A stretch of 64,000 bases of DNA, taken from NCBI GenBank assembly GCA_964291405.2, contig OZ219926.1:4608001-4672000 (forward strand), given 5' to 3'. The translations under genes were made by a program, and so were the position numbers. Shown in pieces: positions 30,287 to 39,526 of this stretch. The notes beneath the pieces are model-generated. The model saw nothing but the letters and a program-made list of their open reading frames with translations. It was not told the DNA's origin and did not search any database. Within the stretch, counting starts at the first letter, position 1, and every line of letters begins with the position of its first letter. The DNA is from Thermodesulfobacteriota bacterium (GTDB lineage: Bacteria; Desulfobacterota; Binatia; Bin18).

Positions 30287-31573
30287 TTAGTGAGCGGTTT
30301 CTTGTTTGTCCCGCTCGAATGGGTGAACGTAACGGAACTGGTCCGAGGCAGCGAGCTTCCGATAGGAGCCGAATTGCTCGTCGGCATTCTCAACCATATC
30401 CAAAGGACTGACTTTGTCGTCCGTTCCGTTAAAAACTGTCCGCAGCTTATAGGTAGTTGAACGCTCGGCCGGGGTGCGTCCCACGTCGCGGATCAGACGC
30501 CGCAACTCTTTGGGCGGAACCAACTGGCCGTACTGCGCACCGGCTGAGGTCGAAATGCTCTCGTTGATGAGCGTTCCTCCAAGATCGTTCGCGCCCACCG
30601 TCAGCAAGTGTTGTGACAGCTTGGGACCCTCTTTGACCCAGGAGGACTGAATATTACGGAAGGTGGGACCCAGCATCAGCCGGGCAACCGCGTGCATCTT
30701 AATGACCTCTACACCGGTTGCGCCCTGGCGGACGCCTTTGACGAGTTTGCGCTGATACATGGGCGCTTCCTGGTGGATGAGTGACAGCGGTACAAACTCG
30801 GTAAACCCGCCGGTCTCCTTTTGAATGTCGCGCAGCAAGTTCATATGTTTGACCCAATGTTCTTGTGTCTCGATATGGCCATACATAATGGTTGAGGTGG
30901 TCGGGATACCGAGGCTGTGGGCCGAGGTAATGACCTCGATCCACTGTTTGGTCGAAATACGCCCAGGGGCGATGATATCGCGGATGTCCTGGTCCAGAAT
31001 TTCCGCTGAGGTGCCGGGCAGGGTATCTAAACCCGCGTTTTTGAGCTCTCGCACATACTCGAGAATGGAGACCCCCGAGCGGAGCGAGCCGTACAAGACT
31101 TCTTCGGGCGAAAACGCGTGGATGTGGAGGTCCGGGAAGGCCTTTTTCACGGCTCGGGTCAGATCGATATAGAGGCTGCCGTTCATCTTGGGTGGCAGGC
31201 CGGCCTGCATGCAGACTTCGGTTGCGCCCATGTCAACTGCTTCTTGGGCTCGCCGAACGATCTCCTCTTCGGGAAGGAAATAGCCTTCTTCCTCGCGGTA
31301 CTCCCGGCTGAACGCGCAGAACGTGCAGTGTTTAATGCACACATTGGTGAAGTTGATATTCCGGTTGACGACATAGGTCACCACCTCACCGACCTGGCGG
31401 CGACGCATTTCGTCGGCGACCAGACAGACGGCGTGAAAATCGATGCCATTGGTCTGGCAGAGCTGGAGGCCGTCTTTCCAGGAGAGTTCTTCCTCTTCCA
31501 AGGCGCGATGAAGAATCGTGCGAATCTGCGGATCAATGTGATTGAGAATGCCGGCAATGTAATCGGTTGCCAC
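30287..31573 (-). CDS. cofH: FO synthase subunit CofH (radical SAM)
   Basis: VVNRNINFTNVCIKHCTFCAF, LPGTSAEILD, NIQSSWVK, NDLGGTLINESIS. Confidence 0.92.
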   Translation of the reverse strand: MATDYIAGILNHIDPQIRTILHRALEEEELSWKDGLQLCQTNGIDFHAVCLVADEMRRRQVGEVVTYVVNRNINFTNVCIKHCTFCAFSREYREEEGYFLPEEEIVRRAQEAVDMGATEVCMQAGLPPKMNGSLYIDLTRAVKKAFPDLHIHAFSPEEVLYGSLRSGVSILEYVRELKNAGLDTLPGTSAEILDQDIRDIIAPGRISTKQWIEVITSAHSLGIPTTSTIMYGHIETQEHWVKHMNLLRDIQKETGGFTEFVPLSLIHQEAPMYQRKLVKGVRQGATGVEVIKMHAVARLMLGPTFRNIQSSWVKEGPKLSQHLLTVGANDLGGTLINESISTSAGAQYGQLVPPKELRRLIRDVGRTPAERSTTYKLRTVFNGTDDKVSPLDMVENADEQFGSYRKLAASDQFRYVHPFERDKQETAH

Positions 31574-31624
31574 GGCTAGGTCTCCTTACGCTCAAAAATT
31601 GTTGTTTGTCCTCAGGTACGAAAA

Positions 31625-32779
31625 TCAGGCCGTCACTTCGGCCTGCAGCTCGCGTGTACGCGGCTGTAAGGCCGGCAAGAGGAAGCCTGGACGGTCTATA
31701 TACTCTTCGTAAATGGCCAGCCGCTCCCGCAAGGTAAAGCCGGCGTCCGCGCATGTTTTCGCGAGCAATTTAAGATGCGGCCAAGCTGCCTCTGGATTGA
31801 CGTAATCTATCGAAACCGGTGAGATCCCGCCCCAGTCGTTAATCCCTGAACGCAGCAGCAGCCGGTGGTCGTGCGGACTGAGATTGGGCGGCGCCTGCAC
31901 ATTCATTAGTCCTCCCAAGAGCAGTCGCGCAACGGCAACCGTTCGGGCCATTTCATAACTTTCCGGCTCTGGGGCATCGGCCATTCTGGTATTCGGCTTG
32001 GCCCGGAAGTTCTGCACGATCACTTCTTGAATATGGCCGTATTCTTCGTGTAGGTCACGAATCGCAAGCAAACTGTCGACCACTTCTTCGCGAGTCTCTC
32101 CGATACCAATGAGAATGCCGGTGGTAAACGGAATCTCCAACTCGCCAGCCTCGCGAATCATTTTGACACGGACTTCGGGGCGCTTGTCGGGTGCGGAAAA
32201 GTGCGCCATGCCGCGCTCGCACAGCCGTGGGCTGATGTTTTCCAACATGAGGCCAAGACTGACATTGACGTCTTTGAGCCATTTCATCTCGTCATAGCTC
32301 AGCACGCCCGCATTGGTGTGGGGCAAGATGCCGTAGGACAGGGCAATTTCACACGCCTGATAGACGTAGGCGGTCGTCGAGGTGTGGCCAAAGCCTGCCA
32401 GAGTTTCCCGATAGCTCCGAGAGACTTGCTCAGGCTTGTCTCCCAAACACATGAGGGCTTCTTTGCAGCCCTGTTTTTCGGCTCGCTCCAACCAACTCCG
32501 AAGGTCCTCCGGACTCATGGTCCAGGCGTCCGGGTCGCGTGGGTCCTTGCGAAAGGTGCAGTACGAGCACCGGTCCCGACACAGGTTGGTGACGGGCAGA
32601 AAGACTTTCCGGGAATAGGTTACCGTCCGGCCTTTGTGTCGGTCGCGTAAGGTCCCGGCCGCCTCCAGGAGGGCCGGAAAGTCCTCCTCGGAGCAGTTGA
32701 TGAGCTGGTAACCGTCCTCAGCGGACAAAGCGGCATCTGAAAGCGCTTTGTCTAATATCACCGAAATGTGAGATTGCAC
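31625..32779 (-). CDS. cofG: FO synthase subunit CofG (radical SAM)
   Basis: TYSRKVFLPVTNLCRDRCSYCTF, PFTTGILIGIGE, GHIQEVIVQNF, QAPPNL, NDWGGISP; start moved to GTG 32779. Confidence 0.93.
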   Translation of the reverse strand: MQSHISVILDKALSDAALSAEDGYQLINCSEEDFPALLEAAGTLRDRHKGRTVTYSRKVFLPVTNLCRDRCSYCTFRKDPRDPDAWTMSPEDLRSWLERAEKQGCKEALMCLGDKPEQVSRSYRETLAGFGHTSTTAYVYQACEIALSYGILPHTNAGVLSYDEMKWLKDVNVSLGLMLENISPRLCERGMAHFSAPDKRPEVRVKMIREAGELEIPFTTGILIGIGETREEVVDSLLAIRDLHEEYGHIQEVIVQNFRAKPNTRMADAPEPESYEMARTVAVARLLLGGLMNVQAPPNLSPHDHRLLLRSGINDWGGISPVSIDYVNPEAAWPHLKLLAKTCADAGFTLRERLAIYEEYIDRPGFLLPALQPRTRELQAEVTA

Positions 32780-32810
32780 CCGATATCTCCCATGCTGAAA
32801 TGCCACTGCG

Positions 32811-32839
32811 ACACTAGTGGAGCGGGGGGGTAATGTCAA
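32811..32839 (-). promoter_or_regulatory. Putative sigma70 promoter of cofGHDE
   Basis: TTGACA-N17-TAGTGT on the minus strand. Confidence 0.55.
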
Positions 32840-32971
32840 CTGGGGAATATCACTTTTCCGTGATATTGGTAGCGAAGCGGTTCAAGCGGGCTCCGTCGCG
32901 TTGCGGAATATCCAAAGCGAGCCCCCCGACCTCCTTCCCCCCTTGGGGGCTATGAAAGGGGCGTGTCTGGG

Positions 32972-33041
32972 GAAGCCCACCCCGGCCCCTCGAGCCACCC
33001 CTCCAAGGAGGGGATTTGTTGCTCCCTCGTCTCTGGAGAGG
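32972..33041. repeat. Partial copy of the palindromic repeat family at 60868 and 62401
   Basis: CCCACCCCGGCCCCTCGAGCCACCCCTCCAAGGAGGGGA closely matches the left arm of the other two copies. Confidence 0.75.
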
Positions 33042-33052
33042 AAAAGTGCGAC

Positions 33053-33418
33053 CTACCCACGCTCTACCGAGGACGACACCCAGCGTGGCTGCCGATAGCG
33101 CTGGCGACGAACCGCCATAATCGTACACAGCGCACCGCTACACAGTATGAGCCAACCGACGTTGTGCAGCACATGGTAGAAGTCAAGCTTTGCTTGGTTA
33201 AGGGAGCGACGGCTCCAGGCTTCACTCGAGAAGTGGTACAGCCTGGCATTCTTTCCGAACGTTTGCTCGGCCGCAACAGGAGGGGGTGTGCGGGCCAGGG
33301 CGCTCTGATACTCCCGGACTTTGAAGTGGGCTACCATCGTGTTGCCCAGGCCAAGAGCAACCAGGGTGATGCCGGCGACGAAAAGGGTATTGCGAAACAA
33401 CGCGGAGAGAGTACGCAT
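33053..33418 (-). CDS. Hypothetical two-TM membrane protein
   Basis: Hydrophobic N- and C-terminal segments; start moved to ATG 33418. Confidence 0.6.
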   Translation of the reverse strand: MRTLSALFRNTLFVAGITLVALGLGNTMVAHFKVREYQSALARTPPPVAAEQTFGKNARLYHFSSEAWSRRSLNQAKLDFYHVLHNVGWLILCSGALCTIMAVRRQRYRQPRWVSSSVERG

Positions 33419-33512
33419 AGCGAATACACTCGCGCTACCACCCGAGGAAAAGAGGGTCAAGAGAGTGGACGTTTCCAGAAACGGTCTACTCCCCCTAGGA
33501 TACAGCGCACGC

Positions 33513-34196
33513 ATGGCCAACCGTCAGACTCAAGGAGGCGAAACGTTGCAGAGCAAGATTCAATGCGTACGGCTGGGTCTGACCGCTTATGTCCAGGCGC
33601 TTCAGGTGCAGCGACGCTGGCACGCCTGGTGTGTTGCGCGGCGGACAAACGTGCTCTTGCTGACACAACACCAGCCGGTGATCACGCTCGGCTACCGCCG
33701 GCCGTGTGGGCAGATCAGGCTTTCGGCCGCCCAGCTTCGGGAGAAAGGGCTGAGCGTCGAGTATATAGAGCGGGGTGGGGGTGCGACCTATCACGCCCCA
33801 GGTCAGCTTGTGGTGTATCCGATCTTTTCTTCCCTGTTGCAGAGATGTGGAGTCCGACGTTTCATTGCGCAGCTTGAGGAGGTCATGCGACAGACCTGTC
33901 TCCGCTTTGGCGTCCACTCGAGCCGCCAGGACGGGTATCCCGGGGTCTGGGTGGGTGAGAAAAAAATCGGGGCGGTCGGCATTGCTGTTCGCAAGCGCGT
34001 GTCTTTGCACGGCTTTGCGCTCAATGTTGATCTCGATCTGCGGCCGTTTGCGGACATCGTGCCCTGTGGACTTGCTGATAAGGGAGTGACCAGTTTACAA
34101 CAGGAATGCGTTCTGCCCATCGCTTTTTCCGATGTTGAGCGGGCTGTCATTGAGAATGTCGCTTCGATTTTTGAGGCACGTATGGAAGGGGTGTGA
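33513..34196 (+). CDS. lipB: Lipoyl(octanoyl) transferase
   Basis: HQPVITLG, RGGGATYHAPGQLV, KIGAVG, HGFALN, IVPCG. Confidence 0.92.
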   Translation: MANRQTQGGETLQSKIQCVRLGLTAYVQALQVQRRWHAWCVARRTNVLLLTQHQPVITLGYRRPCGQIRLSAAQLREKGLSVEYIERGGGATYHAPGQLVVYPIFSSLLQRCGVRRFIAQLEEVMRQTCLRFGVHSSRQDGYPGVWVGEKKIGAVGIAVRKRVSLHGFALNVDLDLRPFADIVPCGLADKGVTSLQQECVLPIAFSDVERAVIENVASIFEARMEGV

Positions 34197-34197
34197 G

Positions 34198-34971
34198 ATG
34201 GAGAGTCTCCTGAATGACAAACAAGACCATATCCGGTGGCTGACGTTGAATCGACCCGAGCGTCGCAACGCGCTCGACCGTGATACCATTTATGCCCTAA
34301 AGGCGGCGTTGGCCGAAAGCGCGCGTGACGCTGATACCCGCCTGGTTGTGTTGACCGGGGCTGGTGGTGCGTTTTCCTCCGGCGCGGACTTGTTGGCCGC
34401 TCCCTCGCAGCCAAGGACTCCCGGAGAAGAGCTGACCGAGGACGGCTTTAACGCCGTGATTCGGATGATCTGGAATCTGCCGAAACCGGTCATTGCCGCG
34501 GTTGACGGAGTTGCCACCGGATATGGCTGCTCGTTGGCCCTAGCCGCTGATATCCGCCTGGCTTCACCAGCGGCGCGCTTTTCCTTGATTTTTGTGAAAC
34601 GTGGACTGACGATTGACGGTGGTGCCAGCTATTTCCTCCCCCGCCTGGCGGGCCTGCGCGGTATGGAGATGGCCCTCACCGGAGAGATGGTCGATGCGAC
34701 GGAAGCGGCCAATATGGGCTTGGCCAACCGTATTCTCACCGGAGACAACTTCCGAGAGCAGGTTGCAGCCTATGCTTCTCGTTTGGCAAAGAATGCTCCC
34801 CTGGCGCTGGCGACGATTAAAGCGTCCATCCATAATGCGTTGGGTGCCGGTCTGGGAGACGTGCTGACCGCTGAAATGGCAGAGCAGCGAAAACTGCTCC
34901 AGTCCGAAGATGTGAAGGAAGGGATTCGCGCATTTCGTGAGAAACGCGACCCGGTCTACACGGGACGATAA
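34198..34971 (+). CDS. Enoyl-CoA hydratase/isomerase (crotonase) family protein
   Basis: LNRPERRNAL, AFSSGADL, KPVIAAVDGVATGYG, EGIRAFREKR. Confidence 0.9.
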   Translation: MESLLNDKQDHIRWLTLNRPERRNALDRDTIYALKAALAESARDADTRLVVLTGAGGAFSSGADLLAAPSQPRTPGEELTEDGFNAVIRMIWNLPKPVIAAVDGVATGYGCSLALAADIRLASPAARFSLIFVKRGLTIDGGASYFLPRLAGLRGMEMALTGEMVDATEAANMGLANRILTGDNFREQVAAYASRLAKNAPLALATIKASIHNALGAGLGDVLTAEMAEQRKLLQSEDVKEGIRAFREKRDPVYTGR

Positions 34972-34980
34972 GGAGGCGCT

Positions 34981-35715
34981 GTGGCAGAGCGACCCGGCCG
35001 ATTGTGTATTGTTGGTGATATCCATGCCTGTCCGGCAGAACTTGAGACCCTTCTCACGGCGTTGTCATTACAGCCCGAAGACCATCTGGTGTGTCTGGGC
35101 GACTATATTGACCGCGGGCCTGATGCCAAGGCCGTTGTCGATCTGCTTCTAGGGATAAAGACGGCTGCGGTCTGCCGCTGTACGTTTCTCAAGGGCAATC
35201 ACGAAGATATGTTCCTCGACTTTCTGGGGTATGATGGCTTGTACGGTCAATCCTTCCTGATGAACGGCGGAGACCAAACCCTTGCCAGCTATCGGTGCGA
35301 TCCCTGGACTCCGGGCCGCGAGGTTGCAACACTTCTGCCCGACGCTCACCGAGAATTTTTTCTGAATCTTAAGCTCTATCTGCCGGCCGATGCTATTCTC
35401 TGCGTGCATGCCGGGATCAATCCGGGCTATAGTCTGGAGGACCAGATGGCGGAAGACCTGCTGTGGATTCGTGAGGATTTTTTTGCCCACCCGCACGACC
35501 TGCCGTATACCGTGGTCTTCGGGCATACCCCTCAACGGGAAGTTGGTTTTGATCTCCCGTATAAAATCGGGATTGATACCGGCCTCGTTTATGGCGGGAA
35601 ATTGACCTGTCTCGAAATCACGGAGAAAAGGCTCTTTCAGATCGAACGGGGCAGCCGACGGGTCGTGATGACCGATGCACAAGCGTATTGGGCGGGCGCT
35701 CGTGCCGCAAGGTAA
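34981..35715 (+). CDS. Metallophosphoesterase (PPP/PrpA-like)
   Basis: GDIH, GDYIDRG, GNHE, VHAG, FGHT, IDTG. Confidence 0.9.
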   Translation: MAERPGRLCIVGDIHACPAELETLLTALSLQPEDHLVCLGDYIDRGPDAKAVVDLLLGIKTAAVCRCTFLKGNHEDMFLDFLGYDGLYGQSFLMNGGDQTLASYRCDPWTPGREVATLLPDAHREFFLNLKLYLPADAILCVHAGINPGYSLEDQMAEDLLWIREDFFAHPHDLPYTVVFGHTPQREVGFDLPYKIGIDTGLVYGGKLTCLEITEKRLFQIERGSRRVVMTDAQAYWAGARAAR

Positions 35716-35794
35716 GCCCTGGGTGCCCATCAAACCGGATGCGGTCCGGCCCCTCCTCTTGACTTTCCCCGAATGGCCGGATTTAACTCCCCGT

Positions 35795-35868
35795 GGCGGC
35801 GTAGCTCAGGAGGCTAGAGCGAGGGTCTCATAATCCCTAGGTCGGCGGTTCAAGTCCGCCCGCCGCTA
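35795..35868 (+). tRNA. tRNA with CAT anticodon, probably elongator tRNA-Met
   Basis: Acceptor GGCGGCG/CGCCGCT (G1-U72, G2-C71, C3-G70, A73), anticodon loop CT-CAT-AA, T arm GGCGG-TTCAAGT-CCGCC; no C1:A72 mismatch, so not an initiator; CCA not encoded. Confidence 0.9.
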
Positions 35869-35923
35869 GGCTGGAGCGATCTCACGGTGGCGGTCAACAC
35901 TGCCATTGATAAAGGAGCAGACT

Positions 35924-36031
35924 ATGGATCCACTCGCGGTATTTATGCAGATAGTAGCTGGGATTGCCGTGCTCTGTACGCTCGTTTCTGCCATCGCCGT
36001 CGTGCTGCGAAACGCAAAAGGCGACGGGTAG
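35924..36031 (+). CDS. Small single-TM peptide (35 aa), below the ORF track cutoff
   Basis: AAAGGAG RBS 6 nt before ATG; MDPLAVFMQIVAGIAVLCTLVSAIAVVLRNAKGDG*. Confidence 0.7.
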   Translation: MDPLAVFMQIVAGIAVLCTLVSAIAVVLRNAKGDG

Positions 36032-36076
36032 GGAAGGACCAAACGGAGCGACTGTGACCCAGAGACCAGCATACCT

Positions 36077-36107
36077 AGGGCGTTCCACAGGGGCGCCCTT
36101 TTTATTT
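36077..36107 (+). terminator. Intrinsic terminator after tRNA-CAT and the small ORF
   Basis: AGGGCGTTCC-ACA-GGGGCGCCCT followed by TTTTATTT. Confidence 0.65.
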
Positions 36108-36114
36108 CAGGTGT

Positions 36115-37509
36115 ATGCTGCCCCTTGAGCACAAGCTTTGGGCTTCTTTTCAAAAATTGCTCCCGGACACGTCCGGCCTGCGTATTGGCGTGGCCTGTTC
36201 CGGTGGCCCCGATTCAGTTGCCCTGCTTTCCGCCCTGCTGGCGATTGCACCGCTGCGGAGCTATCGGCTGAGAGTGCTCCACGTCAATCATGGTCTGCGC
36301 CCTGAGTCCGACCAGGAACAGGACATGTTGCAAACCCTGTGTCAGCAGTGGCGGGTGCCGCTCTCGGTCAAAAAACTCCAGCCTCCTCCCGGCCTGAAAG
36401 GAATAGAGGCCTGGGCGCGAGAGGCGCGCTATGCGTTTTTTCAGGAGCGTCTCGCCGCGGCTTCGCTCGACTATATTGCCACCGCCCATACGCAGGATGA
36501 CCAGGCTGAGACCGTTCTCTTTCGTCTCATGCGCGGCAGCGCCCGGCGTGGAGTGGCCGGTATTCCACCGGTGAGAGACAACTGGCTGATTCGGCCTTTC
36601 CTGCATTGTTCACGGCGTGAAATCGACGCCTACACCCAGGAAAAAAAGCTGCCCTGTGTCACAGACCCGAGTAACGCTGACCTGCGTTTTACCCGGAATA
36701 AGATCAGGCATGTTCTCCTGCCCTTTTTGGAACAGGAGTTTTCTCCGCAAATCCGGCGTCATCTGGCCTCTCTGGCGGAAACGACCCGAGAAGAGGAGGA
36801 CTGGCTCGAAGAACTGGCCGCGCACGCCCGCGCGCGTATCGTCGGACGTGACAATAGTGTATCTCTCCCCGCCTTAGACAGAGAGCCTGCCGCCTTACGA
36901 TCTCGCATTCTCCGCCAGTGGGCGGAAGGGCGGGCGCAAGGTTTGAAAGCGGTCCATATGCGCCGGTTGAGGGAACTCAGCGAAGGAAAAATCCAGGGCA
37001 GGGTAGAGTTGCCGGGCCAGCAGGCCGTCGTTCGCCAGGGAACGCAGCTGATGTTCCAAATCCAGCGATCACCTGTCACAGAGCGAGACTATTCCTATGT
37101 CTTACAGGCCGGCCAGAACTGGCGGTTAGCCTCACGCTGGGACCTGAGCGTTTCTGCCGCTATCGAATGGCAAGGCGATCTGAGCGTGGCTCGGTGTGCG
37201 GACCGCTGGTCGGCCCTCTTTGGTTGCAATCTTGCCGACACTGCGGATACTTGTATTGTCCGCAACGCCCGTACAGGGGATCGTATTCGCCCCTTCGGCA
37301 TGCGAGGCCATAGGAAAGTTCAGGACGTCTTGGTTGACGCAAAAATCCCGCACGCGCTCCGTCCCGGATTCCCGGTGGTTGAAATAGGCGGTGAGATTGC
37401 CTGGGTCCCAGGCTGTGTCAGAGGCCAGAGTGGGCTGGTGACGGCGGTGACCCGACAGGTCTATCGTATGCAGGTCAACCCGTTGCCGGTCGATGAAGAA
37501 CTATGGTAG
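36115..37509 (+). CDS. tilS: tRNA(Ile)-lysidine synthase
   Basis: SGGPDS PP-loop, HVNHGLR, TAHTQDDQAET, RNKIRH, TilS C-terminal domain. Confidence 0.95.
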   Translation: MLPLEHKLWASFQKLLPDTSGLRIGVACSGGPDSVALLSALLAIAPLRSYRLRVLHVNHGLRPESDQEQDMLQTLCQQWRVPLSVKKLQPPPGLKGIEAWAREARYAFFQERLAAASLDYIATAHTQDDQAETVLFRLMRGSARRGVAGIPPVRDNWLIRPFLHCSRREIDAYTQEKKLPCVTDPSNADLRFTRNKIRHVLLPFLEQEFSPQIRRHLASLAETTREEEDWLEELAAHARARIVGRDNSVSLPALDREPAALRSRILRQWAEGRAQGLKAVHMRRLRELSEGKIQGRVELPGQQAVVRQGTQLMFQIQRSPVTERDYSYVLQAGQNWRLASRWDLSVSAAIEWQGDLSVARCADRWSALFGCNLADTADTCIVRNARTGDRIRPFGMRGHRKVQDVLVDAKIPHALRPGFPVVEIGGEIAWVPGCVRGQSGLVTAVTRQVYRMQVNPLPVDEELW

Positions 37510-37524
37510 GCTAACGGCGGCTAC

Positions 37525-39363
37525 ATGAAAGGTGACGGAGTGAATAAGGTTTCTTCTAATCTCGCACTGTGGTTGGTTCTCGGGGTGATCTTCCTGTTCA
37601 TGTTCAACCTGTTCAATCGCCAACAACCAAGAGAACCCGAAGTTGTCTTCAGCGACTTTTTCACGGCCGTAGAAAAAGGCGAAGTCTCCGAGGTCGTTAT
37701 TCAGGGACAGGTCATTCGTGGAAAATTCCGCAATGACGATCGCTTTAAAACCTACGCCCCCACCGACGACCCCGACCTTATGCGGACCTTGCGCGACCGG
37801 GGGGTGCGAGTGGCCGCACGGCCGGAAGAAGGCGATCCCTGGTATATCACCATCCTGATCCAATGGTTTCCGATGCTGCTCCTTATCGGCGTTTGGATCT
37901 TCTTTATGCGCCAGATGCAAATGGGCGGTGGCAAGGCCATGTCTTTCGGCAAGAGCCGGGCCAAACTGCTGACGGAAAACCAACAACGCATCACGTTCAG
38001 CGACGTTGCTGGCGTGGAGGAGCCCAAACAAGAGCTGGAAGAAATCATTGCCTTTCTCAAAGACCCGAAAAAGTTCACGCGTTTGGGGGGGCGCATCCCC
38101 AAGGGCGTCTTGCTGGTTGGGTCACCCGGTACTGGAAAGACCCTGCTCGCCCGGGCGATTGCCGGGGAGGCCGGGGTGCCGTTCTTCTCGATCAGCGGTT
38201 CTGACTTTGTTGAGATGTTTGTTGGAGTCGGGGCCTCGCGCGTCCGCGATCTCTTCATTCAAGGGAAAAAACAAGCGCCGTGTATCATTTTTATTGATGA
38301 GATTGACGCGGTCGGACGTCATCGCGGCGCTGGCCTCGGTGGTGGGCATGACGAGCGTGAGCAGACCTTAAACCAACTCCTGGTGGAGATGGACGGTTTT
38401 GAAGCAAACGAGGGTGTCATTCTGATTGCGGCGACCAACCGTCCGGACGTCCTGGACCCGGCATTACTGCGCCCTGGGCGATTTGACCGGCGGGTTGTTG
38501 TGCCCTCACCGGACGTCCGCGGTCGAGAGGAAATCCTCAATGTTCATACGCGCCGGGTGCCACTGGACGACAAGGTTGACGTCTCTCAGCTCGCCCGAGG
38601 CACACCAGGGTTTTCCGGGGCTGACCTGGAAAACCTGGTGAACGAGGCTGCGCTCCTGGCGGCTCGCAAAAACAAGGAAAAAGTCGAAATGGACGACTTC
38701 GAGTTGTCCAAGGACAAGGTCCTCATGGGCGCCGAGCGTCGTAGTATGATTCTCAGCCTTGATGAGCGACGTAATACAGCCTACCACGAGGCCGGCCACG
38801 CCCTGGTTGCCCGGTTGATTCCGGGGACAGACCCGGTCCATAAGGTTACTATTATTCCGCGTGGTATGGCTTTAGGTGTGACCCAGCAGTTGCCCGTTGA
38901 TGATCGCCATACCTTTTCCAAAGACTATATTCTGAAACGCCTCGCCATTATGTTCGGTGGCCGTGTGGCCGAAGAACTGGTCCTTGGCCACACCACAACC
39001 GGTGCTGGGGATGATCTCGAAAAAGCGACCGAGCTGGCTCGACGTATGGTCTGCGAGTGGGGTATGAGCGAGAGCCTCGGCCCCATGACCTTTGGGAAAA
39101 AGGAAGAACAGATCTTCCTGGGCCGGGATATTACTCAGACCAAAGACTACTCTGAGAAGACGGCCATTGAGATTGACACCGAGGTGCGCAACATTATCAA
39201 GGACGCCTTTAACCGGGCGCAGGATCTCCTCCAGACGCATATTGAAATCCTGCACAAGATGGCGGAAGTCCTACTGGAAAAAGAAGCTTTGGACGGACCT
39301 GAGATCGACGGTATACTGAAACAATTCAACATTGAAGTTGACCCGGAGCCGACCGGTGCGTAG
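37525..39363 (+). CDS. ftsH: ATP-dependent zinc metalloprotease FtsH
   Basis: Two TM segments, [19 protein letters not shown]; start may be GTG 37540. Confidence 0.97.
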   Translation: MKGDGVNKVSSNLALWLVLGVIFLFMFNLFNRQQPREPEVVFSDFFTAVEKGEVSEVVIQGQVIRGKFRNDDRFKTYAPTDDPDLMRTLRDRGVRVAARPEEGDPWYITILIQWFPMLLLIGVWIFFMRQMQMGGGKAMSFGKSRAKLLTENQQRITFSDVAGVEEPKQELEEIIAFLKDPKKFTRLGGRIPKGVLLVGSPGTGKTLLARAIAGEAGVPFFSISGSDFVEMFVGVGASRVRDLFIQGKKQAPCIIFIDEIDAVGRHRGAGLGGGHDEREQTLNQLLVEMDGFEANEGVILIAATNRPDVLDPALLRPGRFDRRVVVPSPDVRGREEILNVHTRRVPLDDKVDVSQLARGTPGFSGADLENLVNEAALLAARKNKEKVEMDDFELSKDKVLMGAERRSMILSLDERRNTAYHEAGHALVARLIPGTDPVHKVTIIPRGMALGVTQQLPVDDRHTFSKDYILKRLAIMFGGRVAEELVLGHTTTGAGDDLEKATELARRMVCEWGMSESLGPMTFGKKEEQIFLGRDITQTKDYSEKTAIEIDTEVRNIIKDAFNRAQDLLQTHIEILHKMAEVLLEKEALDGPEIDGILKQFNIEVDPEPTGA

Positions 39364-39430
39364 TCAGGTATAGGTCGTCGTTGTCCCTTACCGCGTTCCA
39401 GCGCAGTCGGTGATGGATGGTAGCATGAAG

Positions 39431-39477
39431 GGCGGGTGCAAAAAGGATTCCACTGTTTTGCACCCGCCTCTTTTTTT
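39431..39477 (+). terminator. Intrinsic terminator after ftsH
   Basis: 13-bp stem GGCGGGTGCAAAA/TTTTGCACCCGCC followed by TCTTTTTTT. Confidence 0.8.
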
Positions 39478-39526
39478 GCCTGTTGACAGGGGACTTGCCA
39501 GTCTTTTGGCGGAGAGGGCTATCTGA

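Noticed and set aside
32850-33128. ORFs 32850-33128, 32817-33098 and 32963-33877
   Set aside because: They are translations of repeat or intergenic DNA, or frame shadows of lipB, with no protein-like motifs.
10856-35868. Genomic island or prophage integrated at either tRNA
   Set aside because: No integrase gene and no duplicated tRNA 3' end seen; the flanking genes are housekeeping.
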